Source: the human T2T-CHM13v2.0 reference genome, Homo sapiens. From it: a stretch of DNA of 64,000 nt. Shown here piece after piece: positions 45,359-62,195 of this stretch (position 1 is its first letter; each line of letters starts with the position of its first letter). A program made the position numbers and the translations under genes. The notes beneath the pieces are model-generated. The model worked only from the letters and a program-made list of their open reading frames with translations. It searched no databases and was not told the origin of the DNA. The stretch lies in the NCBI RefSeq assembly GCF_009914755.1, contig NC_060926.1; one strand, 5' to 3'.

Positions 45359-46086
45359 AATGTGTGATACAAAGGATAGCTTCATGTAGTCTCCTATTTG
45401 AATAAGGGGATATCATAGAAGTTATAGATCCAGATAGGGTTATCATTTTTTAAAAAGCAAGACATCAGAATTGATCATTAATTTTTAAAATAACAGCTGC
45501 ATTTAAAGACATCTGGTCTTACACGTTGTTCATTGTAGATCAAGTAATCTACATAATGTGTTTTTAAAAATTAGATCTTATGGGCTTTAAAAGTGATCTG
45601 AAATTCCTTGTGGAACAGAGTTTCATCAAAGCCACTCCAAAAGGCCTATGTAAAAATAACCATTCTTGCTGCACTCCATGCAAATAATCAGGCCAAGTAT
45701 AAGACTAAAGTTTATTCATAATTAGCTTTTAGAAAAATGAGGACTGGAGAAAAAAATTTTGCTCCAAAGCTTATCATACATTTATCATTAAATCCTAGTC
45801 TCATTAATCATTTTTAAGCTTTTTGCCTACATTTTAGACTAACCCTGCTTATTCCTGTGAATCAAGTGGTAATCTTCTGCAGCTTGGGGAAAAAAAAAAA
45901 GGGATGGGTAACGTAAAAATGTGAATCAATATGCTAGTTCTGGGCAATTATCTTGCAAATTCTGCCTGGTAATGAAAGTGAGTAAGGTGCCCATAACCCG
46001 GAGGTTTCTTTGTTTGGGAAAATAAAACCAAGGAACTTCATAGACCCTCAGAGGGGAATTCTGTATCTTGGCAAGTAAAATTTCAG

Positions 46087-46272
46087 ATGGAAATTACCTA
46101 CCACACCACACTTGTGGGAACTGCTGTCCTCACTCTTCTATTTGCAATAGGGTTATCCATGGTATCACCTTCTAACTTAAATATTGGACAGAGAGTTTCC
46201 ATTGCTGTCATGTTTTGCTTAATTAGTATCTTTATGGTAGGGATAATATTTACTGACAAAAAGGAAGCATGA
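46087..46272 (+). CDS. Intact 61-aa ERV-derived ORF with two hydrophobic segments (hypothetical)
   Basis: True ATG (cagATGG); LVGTAVLTLLFAIGLSMV and VSIAVMFCLISIFMVGIIF, charged tail DKKEA; stop overlaps the next ATG. Confidence 0.4.
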   Translation: MEITYHTTLVGTAVLTLLFAIGLSMVSPSNLNIGQRVSIAVMFCLISIFMVGIIFTDKKEA

Positions 46273-46625
46273 AAGTTTTACTGTCACTGAGTCTGCTAGG
46301 ACTTTTTATTGGGTTTAGTGATGAAGTTTTAAATGAAACATGCTGCTTTTGGATTAACACCTCTAATAAAGTAGAGGAAAATCTACAGGTACTTAAAAAT
46401 CAAATAAAAATTATTAACAGGCTCAGAGAAAATGCTGGCTTCAGCCCCGGGTGGCTACAATCCCTCTTTAATGAATTCTGGTCTTTATGGAATTGGTTAA
46501 CCCCTTTATTAAGCCCTCTCTTACTTATATGTCTTGTATTGATATTTGGACCCTTTATACTCAATACTGTAACTCGAATTGTTTCTTCTTGCCTAGAAGC
46601 AATCAAATGCCAAATGGTGCTGTAA
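46269..46625 (+). CDS. Intact 118-aa truncated retroviral Env TM-like ORF with signal-peptide-like N-terminus
   Basis: MKVLLSLSLLGLFIGFS, then LNETCCFWINTS (gamma-type CX6CC end), helical heptad, W-rich segment, membrane anchor PLLSPLLLICLVLIFGPFIL, tail LEAIK. Confidence 0.6.
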   Translation: MKVLLSLSLLGLFIGFSDEVLNETCCFWINTSNKVEENLQVLKNQIKIINRLRENAGFSPGWLQSLFNEFWSLWNWLTPLLSPLLLICLVLIFGPFILNTVTRIVSSCLEAIKCQMVL

Positions 46626-46796
46626 ACTGAACCACACATGGACATGCCATTCTTCCAAGGACCCTTAGATCAACCCCAGGAGGAGCCCTAGCTGCTGTTC
46701 CCCATTCAACGCCCCTTTTTTGCAGGAAGTAGCCAGAAAGAGTCGTCGTCCCAAACCCCCTGACAGCAGTTACTGTGGCATCTTCACAGTGGGGGC

Positions 46797-47368
46797 TGTT
46801 GTAAGAGTTATTAAGAAATTATTTTAGGCAGATAGAGAGGACAAGGGGTCCTTGGGAAGTTTTCATTTTTTAAAGCATCTCCAGAAATGTTTTCTTGTGA
46901 AGTTCCGGCTCTTAGAGCCAGGCTGGCAACCTTTGATATGCAAATGCCAACCATTAGAAACTGGGTCTACCCAAACATGGAGATTCCCTCAGCCTTCTTG
47001 CCCTTTTCCCACATGTTCCCGGCAGCATGGCCCCCACCTATCCCCACGTGTGTAGAACATCATGGTGCATTGTATTTGCATATTAAAAGGCTAGGGTGGG
47101 AGGGCCAGCTTTTTTGCAAGCTACATGAATGACATGCCTAGTCAAACCAATCCCCTGAGCCCTATGCAAATCAGACATCGCCTCCTCCAGCCTCTGCATA
47201 TATACCTGGCTGGTGTCCACCGTACTTGGGGACCTCCTCTTTTGGCTTTGGAGCACCCCCTCCCCATCTCTGTATGGGGGAGCCTCTTCCTTCTGTCTTC
47301 TCTCTTTAATTTTTAAAACAAAATTTAAAATTTTTCTTTCTTGCCTATTAAACTCTCTGCTCCTTAAA
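46797..47368 (+). mobile_element. ERV1 3' LTR (LTR9-family-like), U3-R only
   Basis: Starts tgttgtaagagttattaagaaattattttaggcagatag after the PPT; TATA-like catatatac near 47197; ATTAAA at 47347-47352; ends in (AAAAC)n with no U5 or terminal CA. Confidence 0.85.
46931..47171. promoter_or_regulatory. Octamer / SOX-OCT motif cluster in LTR U3
   Basis: ctttgatATGCAAAT 46931-46945; cattgt plus ATTTGCAT 47068-47081; ATGCAAAT 47164-47171. Confidence 0.55.
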
Positions 47369-47397
47369 ACAAAACAAAACAAAACAAAATTAGATGA

Positions 47398-47685
47398 GGC
47401 TAGGTGCTGTGGCTCATGCTTATAATCCCAGCACTTTGGGAGGCTGAGACAGGTGGATTGCTTGAGCTCAGGAGTTTCAGACCAGCCTAAGGCAATATGG
47501 TGAAACCCCATCTCTACAAAAGATACAAAAATTAGCTGGGCATGGTGGTGTGTGCCTGTGGTCCCAGCTACTTGGGAGGTTGAGTCGGGAGGATGGCTTG
47601 ACTCTGGGGGCAGAGGTTACAGTAACTCTAGATCACACCACTGCACTCCCGCCTGGGCAACAGAGCCAGACTCTGTTTCAAAAAA
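47398..47685 (+). mobile_element. AluJ
   Basis: ggattgcttgagctcaggag, gtggtcccagctac, gggaggatggcttga; TSD aaaatta(g/c)at(g/c)a at 47386-47397 and 47686-47697. Confidence 0.95.
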
Positions 47686-48640
47686 AAAATTACATCAAGC
47701 CAGTGGTTCAAAATAATGAGTGTCAGATGCATACTCAACCAAAAAAGTATACTTTCCTAAATCTTAGTGACACCTTAAAATAATAATGATACATTAAAAA
47801 ATACTATCCTCCAAGTGATATTAACTGCAAACTTTTGGCCTTGGAATTCTTGTCTTACATGTACTGATTAAAGAATATACCATCTTTACTTACCAACATG
47901 CCTCATTATTATATTGATGTGTGTTTAATAGACTGAAAATTTCACATTTGTTCTCATGGCTACATCTATTACAGTGGAATTTAAAAATATGATTTCTTAA
48001 GATAACATTTGCTCTTGGTGAAATTTAAATCTGGAGCCAGGCTAGATTTTGTTTTTTTGTGTTAGATTTTTTAATTTTTCCCTAAGAAAATCTATTTATT
48101 AAAGTGATAAGATACTAGAGCTATTACCCCTAGAAAAATACAAAATATATCAGTGCTTGCATTTCAAACTTATCCAGCTCTTGTTTATCTCGCCAGACCT
48201 CCAGGGTTTTATATTTCAGAGTGAAAAAATTAAATAATATTTATTTTTTATTATTAAAGTAAAAGCCAACCTGGGCTTTAACATAACTCTTAGCTTTAAA
48301 TGGCTCATAATATCTTGTCATTTCTCTTTTATTCTGACATGACTGAACTATAGAACACCCATGTTGATGATAAAATAGAATCCCTTGATTTTAATAACAA
48401 ACAATCTTTATAAGATGTTCAGTGAACTCTTGGTTAAGGTCTAGAAAATTATAGAGAATATTTGTTAATCCTATTTCTACCTCAAAATGACTTTCTCTTT
48501 ACTTTTTTACCATGGGGATGATGCAGTGGCTAAAAGTGACACAGTAAAGTGTGACTGGGTAATGACTGAAATGTACACATGAAAAAGATTTGAGAATTCT
48601 GTAAACAGGGAAGCATATCATTTCAAGAATTTAGCATGGA

Positions 48641-51588
<2,948 letters not shown>

Positions 51589-51689
51589 AAATTAGCATGA
51601 AAATAATTTTTTTCATGCCTTGGAGACATAATATAATAGATAGAATTATAATCTGTAATATTTACTAATGTTTTTGTTATAATATTTTT

Positions 51690-52260
51690 CTAATTAAGTA
51701 CATATCAACAATAGATCACTTATATTTATAGCATATATTAACTTAGAGATAACTATTATTAACATTTTAGTTATATCTTTCCTGTCATCAAAATTAGGAT
51801 TATATGGCATATTTTAAAATGCTATATTTGTGTAGTAATATATCATAAACATTTAATTTTACTATTATGTATTAATGAAATAAATTCTATCCTGTAGATA
51901 TACCATACTTTAACAAATCCTTATTAGATTTATGTTACTTGCAATTATGTTGCAAATGTTATGAACATTTATGTTACTTGCAATTTTCTGTTATGTCAAA
52001 TAGTATTGCCTCAAACCATTTGATATATGTGATTGTAAATAAATTATTTTTCTTATGATAAATTCCTAAGACTGGAAGTCCTGGGTTAAAGGCTATAATA
52101 TTTTTGTGAATCTTAATAAACATTGCTTTTCAGAAAGTTGTGCTATTTTATATTCCTATCCATTTGAATGTGCTTCTTTCTTCATACCTTTGCTAACACA
52201 AGAGTGTTACAATTTTTTATGCTTGTCAATTTGATAGAAAAAATATTATATTTTATTGTT
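51690..52260 (-). mobile_element. Ancient L1ME-type fragment
   Basis: gataactattattaacatttt, gataaattcctaagactggaagtcctgggttaaagg, ttgcttttcagaaag. Confidence 0.6.
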
Positions 52261-52345
52261 GACTATTTATAGACTTAGCTTTGGGCTTAGATATCAGAAC
52301 ATAGTATATAGAAGGAATTCTTCCCAAACTGTCTTATTGTTCTAA

Positions 52346-52664
<319 letters not shown>

Positions 52665-52986
52665 TAAAGGCTAATTTTAAATTGATGTCTTTTCATTAAT
52701 CCATTCCAAATGTTTTTGGAGTGCTTCCTCAAAAAACAAAAAGAATTTAGAATGTAAAATTGTGTATTTGCTAAGTTAGTAATATTCCTCAGTAGATACC
52801 ACATTAGCACTATATTCTGTGTGAGGATTCTCTTGTACGTTATTATTTCCCCTTCTTTCTTTCTGATTGTCACTCCTTTTCCCTTCTCTTCCCATAAGCA
52901 GCTATTCTAGTGTGTTTAACATATACATTTGAATATGCATGCTTCCTTCAACAATAGTGTTTTGTGTTTTTATCTTACATACGTTG

Positions 52987-53262
52987 TATCACAAGGGCAG
53001 AAAACCAAACACCGCATGTTCTTACTCATAGGTGGGAATTGAACAATGAGATCACTTGGACACAGGGCAGGGAACATGACACACCGGGACCTGTCAGTGG
53101 GTAGGGAGCTAGGGGAGGGATAGCATTAGGAGAAATGCCTAATGTAAATGATGAGTTGACGGGTGCAGCAAACCAGCATGGCAACATGTATACCTATGCA
53201 TCAAACCTGCATGTTTTGCACATATACCCTAGAACTTTAATAAAATAAATACATAAATAAAT
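52987..53262 (+). mobile_element. Short L1PA 3' end (about L1PA6-7)
   Basis: aaaaccaaacaccgcatgttc...gtgggaattgaacaatgag...ccctagaact plus A-rich tail. Confidence 0.93.
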
Positions 53263-53276
53263 GTAATCACAAATTG

Positions 53277-53343
53277 TTTTGGGCCACATTCAAAGCCATC
53301 CTCAGCTGCATGTGGCCCATGGGCCATGGGTTGGACAAGCATG
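53277..53343. mobile_element. MER30B-like terminal fragment
   Basis: tgggccacattcaaagccatcct...gggttggacaagc. Confidence 0.7.
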
Positions 53344-53789
53344 TTTTAGAGCAGTAAGATGGGATGATAGAGATTCCAGTTACCCAAGAAGTGAAGTATT
53401 TCAGAAGAAACAGCTGTTCATGGTACAGAATTCATTCATGTTTGCTTCTCCTTTCCTTCCTGAACATTTGGAATACTACACTTGCTAGCTCTTTTGCAAT
53501 TACATGAAACTGACTAGTTGAAGCCAATGAAATAGGCATGGAGCTGATATGTGTCATTTTCATGTCCAGGCATTTAAGAGCTAGTATGCCACCTCCAAGC
53601 TCTGTTTCCCTTTTTTCTGGCTGGGAAGTCACATGTTCCAGATTGTGCAGCTATAGGATGGCAGAACCTTAGATAGACTTCCACCCTGGGACTATTGGGA
53701 GGAACCACCCCTCTCCCTCTCTCTGCCAATCTGTATTGGGGCAAGGTTTGGAAGTACTGGCGAGGGTATTACATTTCAAGAAACATGAC

Positions 53790-54510
53790 CAGGGAAGCCT
53801 TTAGGGAAATGTTTAAGTTGAGACCTTAAAAGCTGAAGGAAGTGACGAGGTAAGATACCTGGGGCAGGAGTATTCTAAGCAGAGGAAGCAGTAAGTACTG
53901 TCCCAGCAGTGAGACCTGAGGAAGGACTAAGCTTGTTATGTCAAAAGGGACAAAGTCAATGTGTTTGAGGCAGAGTGAACAAGGGAGAAGGTAACAGAGA
54001 TAAGGACAGGCAGGTACTGGAGGTATGGGAGAAGAGATAGTGCAAAGCCTTTTAGGTCATTATGTGAACTTTAGCTTTCATTTTGAGTGAGATGGAGGAC
54101 ACTATCGAGTTTTGCATATTGGAATGATATAATCTGATTTATATTTTACCTATGCTGAGAATAGGCTGGTGGGTGGCAAAGATGCAGGGTGTGTAGCTAG
54201 GAGGCTACAGTAATCATCCAGGAAAAAGACTGTGGTGGCTTGCATCAGGGTGATACCAGTAGAAGGGGTATGAAGCAATCAAAACCTGGATGTATTTTGA
54301 AGGTAGAGACAATAGAATTACAGATGACATGATGAGGGGTATAAGAGAAAGAGTCAAGGGTGACTTCATGGTGTTTGGTCTGTGCAACTGGGAAAATGTA
54401 GTTGCTATTTGCTGAGATGGACAAGACAGTAGGGAGAACAAGTTTGGGAGACTATTTAGGAGCCCAGGTTTGGGTGGGTTAGGTTTGAGATGCACACTGG
54501 ACATGCAAGT
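53790..54510 (-). mobile_element. L2 LINE fragment
   Basis: aggaggctacagtaatcatccagg, gatgtattttgaaggtagag, gagtcaagggtgacttc. Confidence 0.75.
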
Positions 54511-55542
54511 ATGTTGATGAAGGGGGATTATGCTTAGGTTACTTTGGCAAGGAAACTGGACTGGTGAGAATAACAGGGGTAACGGCATGCCTTATTTGGA
54601 TACTGAGGTCCAGGTTCTCTAAGTGGAGACTGAAATACTAAGGTGTTTGGGAGCTTTGTCCACAATTTCTGTTGGACAAGCTGGCCTGAAATTGGGTTTC
54701 CCAATCACTATGGTTAAGCTGAGTTTCTACAAGGCTAGCTGTTGATTTGGCAGGAAAAACATCTGCCTATGACAGCTATCCTATCCATCTGGCAGTCAAA
54801 AGGCCAGAATTCCAAACTCTTTGTGTGAAAAATCACCTAACACCACCAATCTCAAAGCTTCTGCCTCCTTGGGTCTGTGATTCATTTCCAGGTTTTCAGA
54901 TCTCAGGGATGAGCACTGAAAGTATGTATTTTAAGGCAAAGCAATTTATGCTTATTTTTCTAGCATAAAAATTGCATTTCCACATTAGAGTCATGTTTGG
55001 TTTCTAAACATGTTACCATGGCAAGAGCTCTATTCCCCCAGATTTCCCTGGCTGCATTGTTTGTATTTCTTAGCCAACAACATCTGAGCCTTTTTTTTTT
55101 ACCCACTTGGAACTGCCATTTATTCCAACCCTTCATTTCGTGAAACATTTGTACATTGTACATGTGAAACTTATATGGGAAATTTTATATGCCTCCCTTC
55201 CACCTCTCCTTTTTTTGGAGTAATAATAAAAGTAGGTCTTGTTTGCTCTCTGATGCCAGACCTATACCACTCATCTCCAGGCACTGCGCATTCCACTCCT
55301 AATTGCTGAACTTGAGAGCACCCTGTCTGTGGCTGGTAAACAGTGATTCATTCTGTGTGCTACACTTCTGCACAAGTGTCATTTCTGGGAAGCAGTGCTC
55401 ACTAAATGCTTTCTCAGTTGTTATTTCTGTTTATCTCCCTGTTCATTTACATCATTCCTTGCACTGTGGACTCATTTTATTTTGTCTTTTCCCTGATGTT
55501 TTTTCCTTTTTGATTTTCTTCGTTCTCTTATTCTTCACTCAG

Positions 55543-55676
55543 AGGAAACTGAATGTGTTGCACAGACCCACTGGTCCAGGGAAATATGTGCTGCTTCCAC
55601 TGAAAGGAAGGGTTCAGTATTATACCCCTTACCTATGTAAGTCCCTTAAATCAGATGCTTGTCTGGGGAGCCACAG
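55543..55676 (+). other. Candidate exon (likely non-coding)
   Basis: About 70-nt polypyrimidine tract ending cttcactcag; donors AT|gtaagt after 55636 or CAG|gtaaaa after 55676. Confidence 0.3.
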
Positions 55677-55996
55677 GTAAAAAATTAAAAGGTAGCTGCA
55701 TTCTAACAATTTGTAAAGTGAAATAACATTTGTTGGGAGTAGCTCTAGGTAGTATATGGAGCCCAAAACCATGATCAGTCCAGAATCTCCGATGGGATTT
55801 AGGGAGGATATAATGAATTGAATGAGCCACAAAGGCTGGGAGAGAGGAGAGGAGGCCATTTTTTAGAGCAGTTTCCAATGTAGATAGTAGGCAGGGCCAC
55901 TGTGTGTGCTTGTGTAGATTGAGCTCTACACTAGGGTATCTAGCCAAGGGACAGGTTGGGGCTGGAGTACAGCTGTGGCTCTCCAAGCATCCTACT

Positions 55997-56401
55997 TATG
56001 ATGGTTAATTTTTTATGTTAACTTGACTGGGCTACAGTAAATGCCCAGATACTTGGTTAAATAAAAAAGGGTGTTTCTGAATAAGATTAACATTTCAAGG
56101 TTGAGTAAAGCAGGTTGTCCTCCTTAAAGTGGGTATGCCTCATCCTATCCATTGAAGACCTGACTAGAACAAAAAAAGGCAGTGGAAGGGAGAATTTGTG
56201 GTCTGAGTGTCCCCAAATTGGGATACTGGTCTTCTGCTTTTGTATTTGGGCTGGAACTTACACCGTTGACTCTTCTGGTTCTCAGGTCTTAAGATTCAGA
56301 CTAGAATTATACCTTTGACTTTCTCGATCTTCAGCTTGCTGACTGCAAATTTTGGGTCTTCTCAGCCTCTGTAACTGCATGAGTCAATTCTTCATAATAA
56401 A

Positions 56402-56437
<36 letters not shown>

Positions 56438-56498
56438 CCTGTCTCTCTGTGTGTGTATCCCATTGCTTGTGTTTCTCAGGAGAACTCAGACTAATACA
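55997..56498 (+). mobile_element. MLT2 (ERVL) solo LTR
   Basis: tgatggttaatttt...aacttgactgggc...ttcataataaatctctc, (TC)n, ctaataca; near-TSD ctact/gtact. Confidence 0.9.
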
Positions 56499-58264
56499 GT
56501 ACTTGAGACACCACCTGAGGAAGAGGTGCTTTTTGCCAATTCACACAAAGGTTCCCTATGGACTACCTAAGCCTGAAGCAGTAATTGGTGTGCAGAGATG
56601 GGGAAGGGGGCCAGTGACTACACCTTAAAATATTATGTCCCTCTTTACTCCCATGTAGTCTAGGGTTCGGCTGTGGTTTAAAGTTCTAGGTCTTAGCATG
56701 AGTCATGTAAGATGGGTGATTCTTGGAATTTCAGAGCGACAGAAGCAATCAAAGGCTTTAGTCCCTCTGTTAGATTAGTGGTGAATCCTTGGAATACCTT
56801 TGCTGGTTGGAGAAAGACATAGCAAAATAGGGATGAGTGACATCTGTAAAGAAATACTCACATGTTGCATTTCGGTGTGGCAATTTGTACTTTTCAAAAC
56901 ATGTTCCTTTTACTGTTTTGACACAAAGAGTTATGACTGACACTTGTTATCCTTCTCATTTTAAAGGTGTGAAAACAGAGCTGCAGAGGTGACACTTGGA
57001 TGCCCCCTGGCCAGGTGGTGACTAGAGGTCAGATCTCTTCTCTAGTTGAGTGGTAGTCCAGGTTCCTGGGCTCTTTCCGCCCTGACCTACAGGCCTGACA
57101 GAGCCGTCAAAACATGAGAGCCCTCTTTCTAATCATCTCACTTCTTGGAAAAAATAGAATGGTAAGCTCTGGAGCATACTTCCTTACAGAAGAATCACTG
57201 GAGGTCCTGGCTGGTATAGATTTTATTTTTTTTCCTGAGAAAATGGGCATGTAATTACATATTTTGAGCGGGTGTTTTACTCTACCTGTCCAAGACCTTT
57301 TCTCTTCTAATTGCTATAATGGCAAGAATCCACACATTAAAAATGTACACACACACATCTCTGGATAAACACAGGCACACTAATAACTATGAACACATAT
57401 GGACCATTTTGTTCATCAATTTTCTTAAAAACCACTCAAACTGCACAAACTCAGGGCATTGTGATATCACACAGATTCCTGTAATAGAGGCTAAATGTGA
57501 GGTAACGTTTTCAGTACATGACATATGGCCCCTCACTAAGAATTATCATTGGTATTCATCCACAACGGGTGGTGAAGGAGCAGCACTGATGTTATGAGGC
57601 GCTTGAGAATTCTTTTTGCCCTAGGGAGAAGATGAAAGTCAATGAACCAGAGAAGCAATGTTTTGTTTTTGTTGTGCTTTCAGCTGCTATCCAAATTGGT
57701 TTCACAATTTCTTGCACTTTTACGTAACCTTCCCTGTGGGGCACTTAACGCAGATTAAAGTAACATAGCCACACTTCCAACTCTGGAAATACCACCACTG
57801 AGGAATGGTACATTATACTTAGGAGCATTAATAACAGGATCCTAAACCATTTTCTAAAGTTTTGTGATCTTCATATTCACACACCATCTTAGGAGGGTTG
57901 GCTGAAGTTCTAGGCAAAGAATGTTTAAGAAAAAATGGCAGAAGCAAATTTCAGTCAACTCTTCAGGTTTATCTTTACTTGACCTGTCACTGCTTACCAA
58001 CTTTCCAGTTCTAATTCACAGGGCTGCAGTCTGTGAGAACAAGAAGTTTAAGGAAAACTCACTCACTCCGGTGAGCTTATACTCTCCTTGAGGAGCTGAG
58101 ATGCTCAGGAATGAGAGAGTGGTTTGTTTCCCCAGTCAAATTACCCTTGCATGTGACTGAGGTTTGGATAAGTTCCTAGCAGAATTTTCCCCAAGCTAAG
58201 AAATTTCTTAAATTTTAAGGGATTTTTCTCTAGTTCCCCATGTCTCTATGGCACTGGCTTAGGT

Positions 58265-58425
58265 CAGTGCTTGCTAAACTCTGATGTGCTTACAAATCAT
58301 CTGGAGATCTTGTCAAAAGGCAGATTCCATTCAGTAGCTCCAGCGTGGGGACAGAGACTCTGAATTTATAACATGTCTTTAGTGAAGCTGATGCTGCTCG
58401 TCCACGGAACACAGGCTGCATAGTT
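58265..58425. mobile_element. MER5A-like
   Basis: aatcatctggagatcttgtcaaaaggcagattc...gctgatgctgct. Confidence 0.7.
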
Positions 58426-59174
58426 AGGACCCAGAGTAAAGATCGCTTCTCAGGTACTCCATTTCTTTCCTGCTCTTTTATTTGATGCTACCTCCATGTG
58501 GCTAGAGTCCCTGCTCCCTACTGCTGCCATTTCTAGCTTCATTCTCCAACTATTGATAAAATGGGTTTTAAAGTTGGTTTCCTCTCACTCAAGCCTGTGT
58601 CTAGTTCATTTAGCCAACCATAGGTGGTCTAGCTTCTGAGAGAATGAGTTCTTTTGTAAACTTCTAGAGGATGTGTGTTGCTTTTAGGTTCTAAGGAACT
58701 TAGAATGAGTCTTCTAGAAAGCTAAAGTCCTTGGATACCCTGACTATTCCCCTCAAAGATTGTGGTGGCCTTTGTCTCTCCTTCTTCCTCAGGAGTGTTT
58801 ACTCACAGTGTATAGGAGGTAACAGTAGCCCTAAAATCTCATTCATGGATTCTGATGGGTAGACAAATGGCATAAATGCAAACAGGATTCAAAGGATACT
58901 CCCAGGGACCCCAAAGACCCAGAAATGAATGTGTGAATTATTGTTGCTGCCATGACTCCCACTGCAAAGAGAACAAATAAAGATTGTGTGAGGGAGGCAG
59001 GTACAGGGGTCCCACATGTTCTACTGACTGCATCAGAAGCAGCCTTCAGTTACACTTTTCCAGGGTCTCACTCCTGACCAATGGAATCAGAGTTCCCGAG
59101 GGGAATTCATACTGGGATAAAGCACAGCATGGCCAGGGGCTCACTATGTGCTGATCAGCAAATACTCAAAACCT

Positions 59175-59540
59175 GCAATCCATCTATTCAATAAAAGAGT
59201 TACTGAGGACCTAGTACAGGTCAGGCATAACACAAACAAAGCTCTTCCCCTCATGCCTTCCACAGCTGAAAGTAGAATATGAACAAACAAAATAGAAAAT
59301 AACTGCAAATGATAAGCGGTATGAAGGAAATAGACAAGGTGATGAACTCAAGATAAAGTAGGTACTTTAGATAAGTCAGTCAGTGATAGTATATCTGGGG
59401 CAATGCCCTTAAGGCTGAGACGTGAAGATGTAGGAATTATCCAGCAGCACAGTGGTGCTTAGGCACAGAGCATTGTATGTGAACATCCCCGAGTGGGAAA
59501 GAGCATGTTTTGGGAACTTCCGTAGATGTGACCAGAGAAA
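59175..59540 (-). mobile_element. L2 fragment
   Basis: tattcaataaaagagttactgaggacctagt, ggctgagacgtgaagatg. Confidence 0.55.
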
Positions 59541-59630
59541 CCGGAATCGAGTTATGACTCCCTTCTATGAAAATTATCCTACAATTAGGACTCCTTTCCC
59601 AGGTGACAAAAACACAGTGACTCCTTTTCT

Positions 59631-62195
<2,565 letters not shown>

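Larger units (their letters stand above)
45577..46796 (+). mobile_element. ERV1 internal 3' segment (MER4-group / HUERS-P3-like), 5'-truncated
   Basis: Env-TM-like ORF, ccaaggacccttagatcaacccc, caggaagtagccaga, purine tract agtggggg before the LTR. Confidence 0.88.

Noticed and set aside
45577-47368. Complete provirus or full-length syncytin-like env
   Set aside because: No 5' LTR, gag, pol, SU, furin site, fusion peptide or immunosuppressive domain visible
59554-59630. Three gactcc(c/t)tt words and an imperfect hairpin at the pre-insertion site of the inverted L1
   Set aside because: Short and imperfect; cannot be distinguished from chance without statistics
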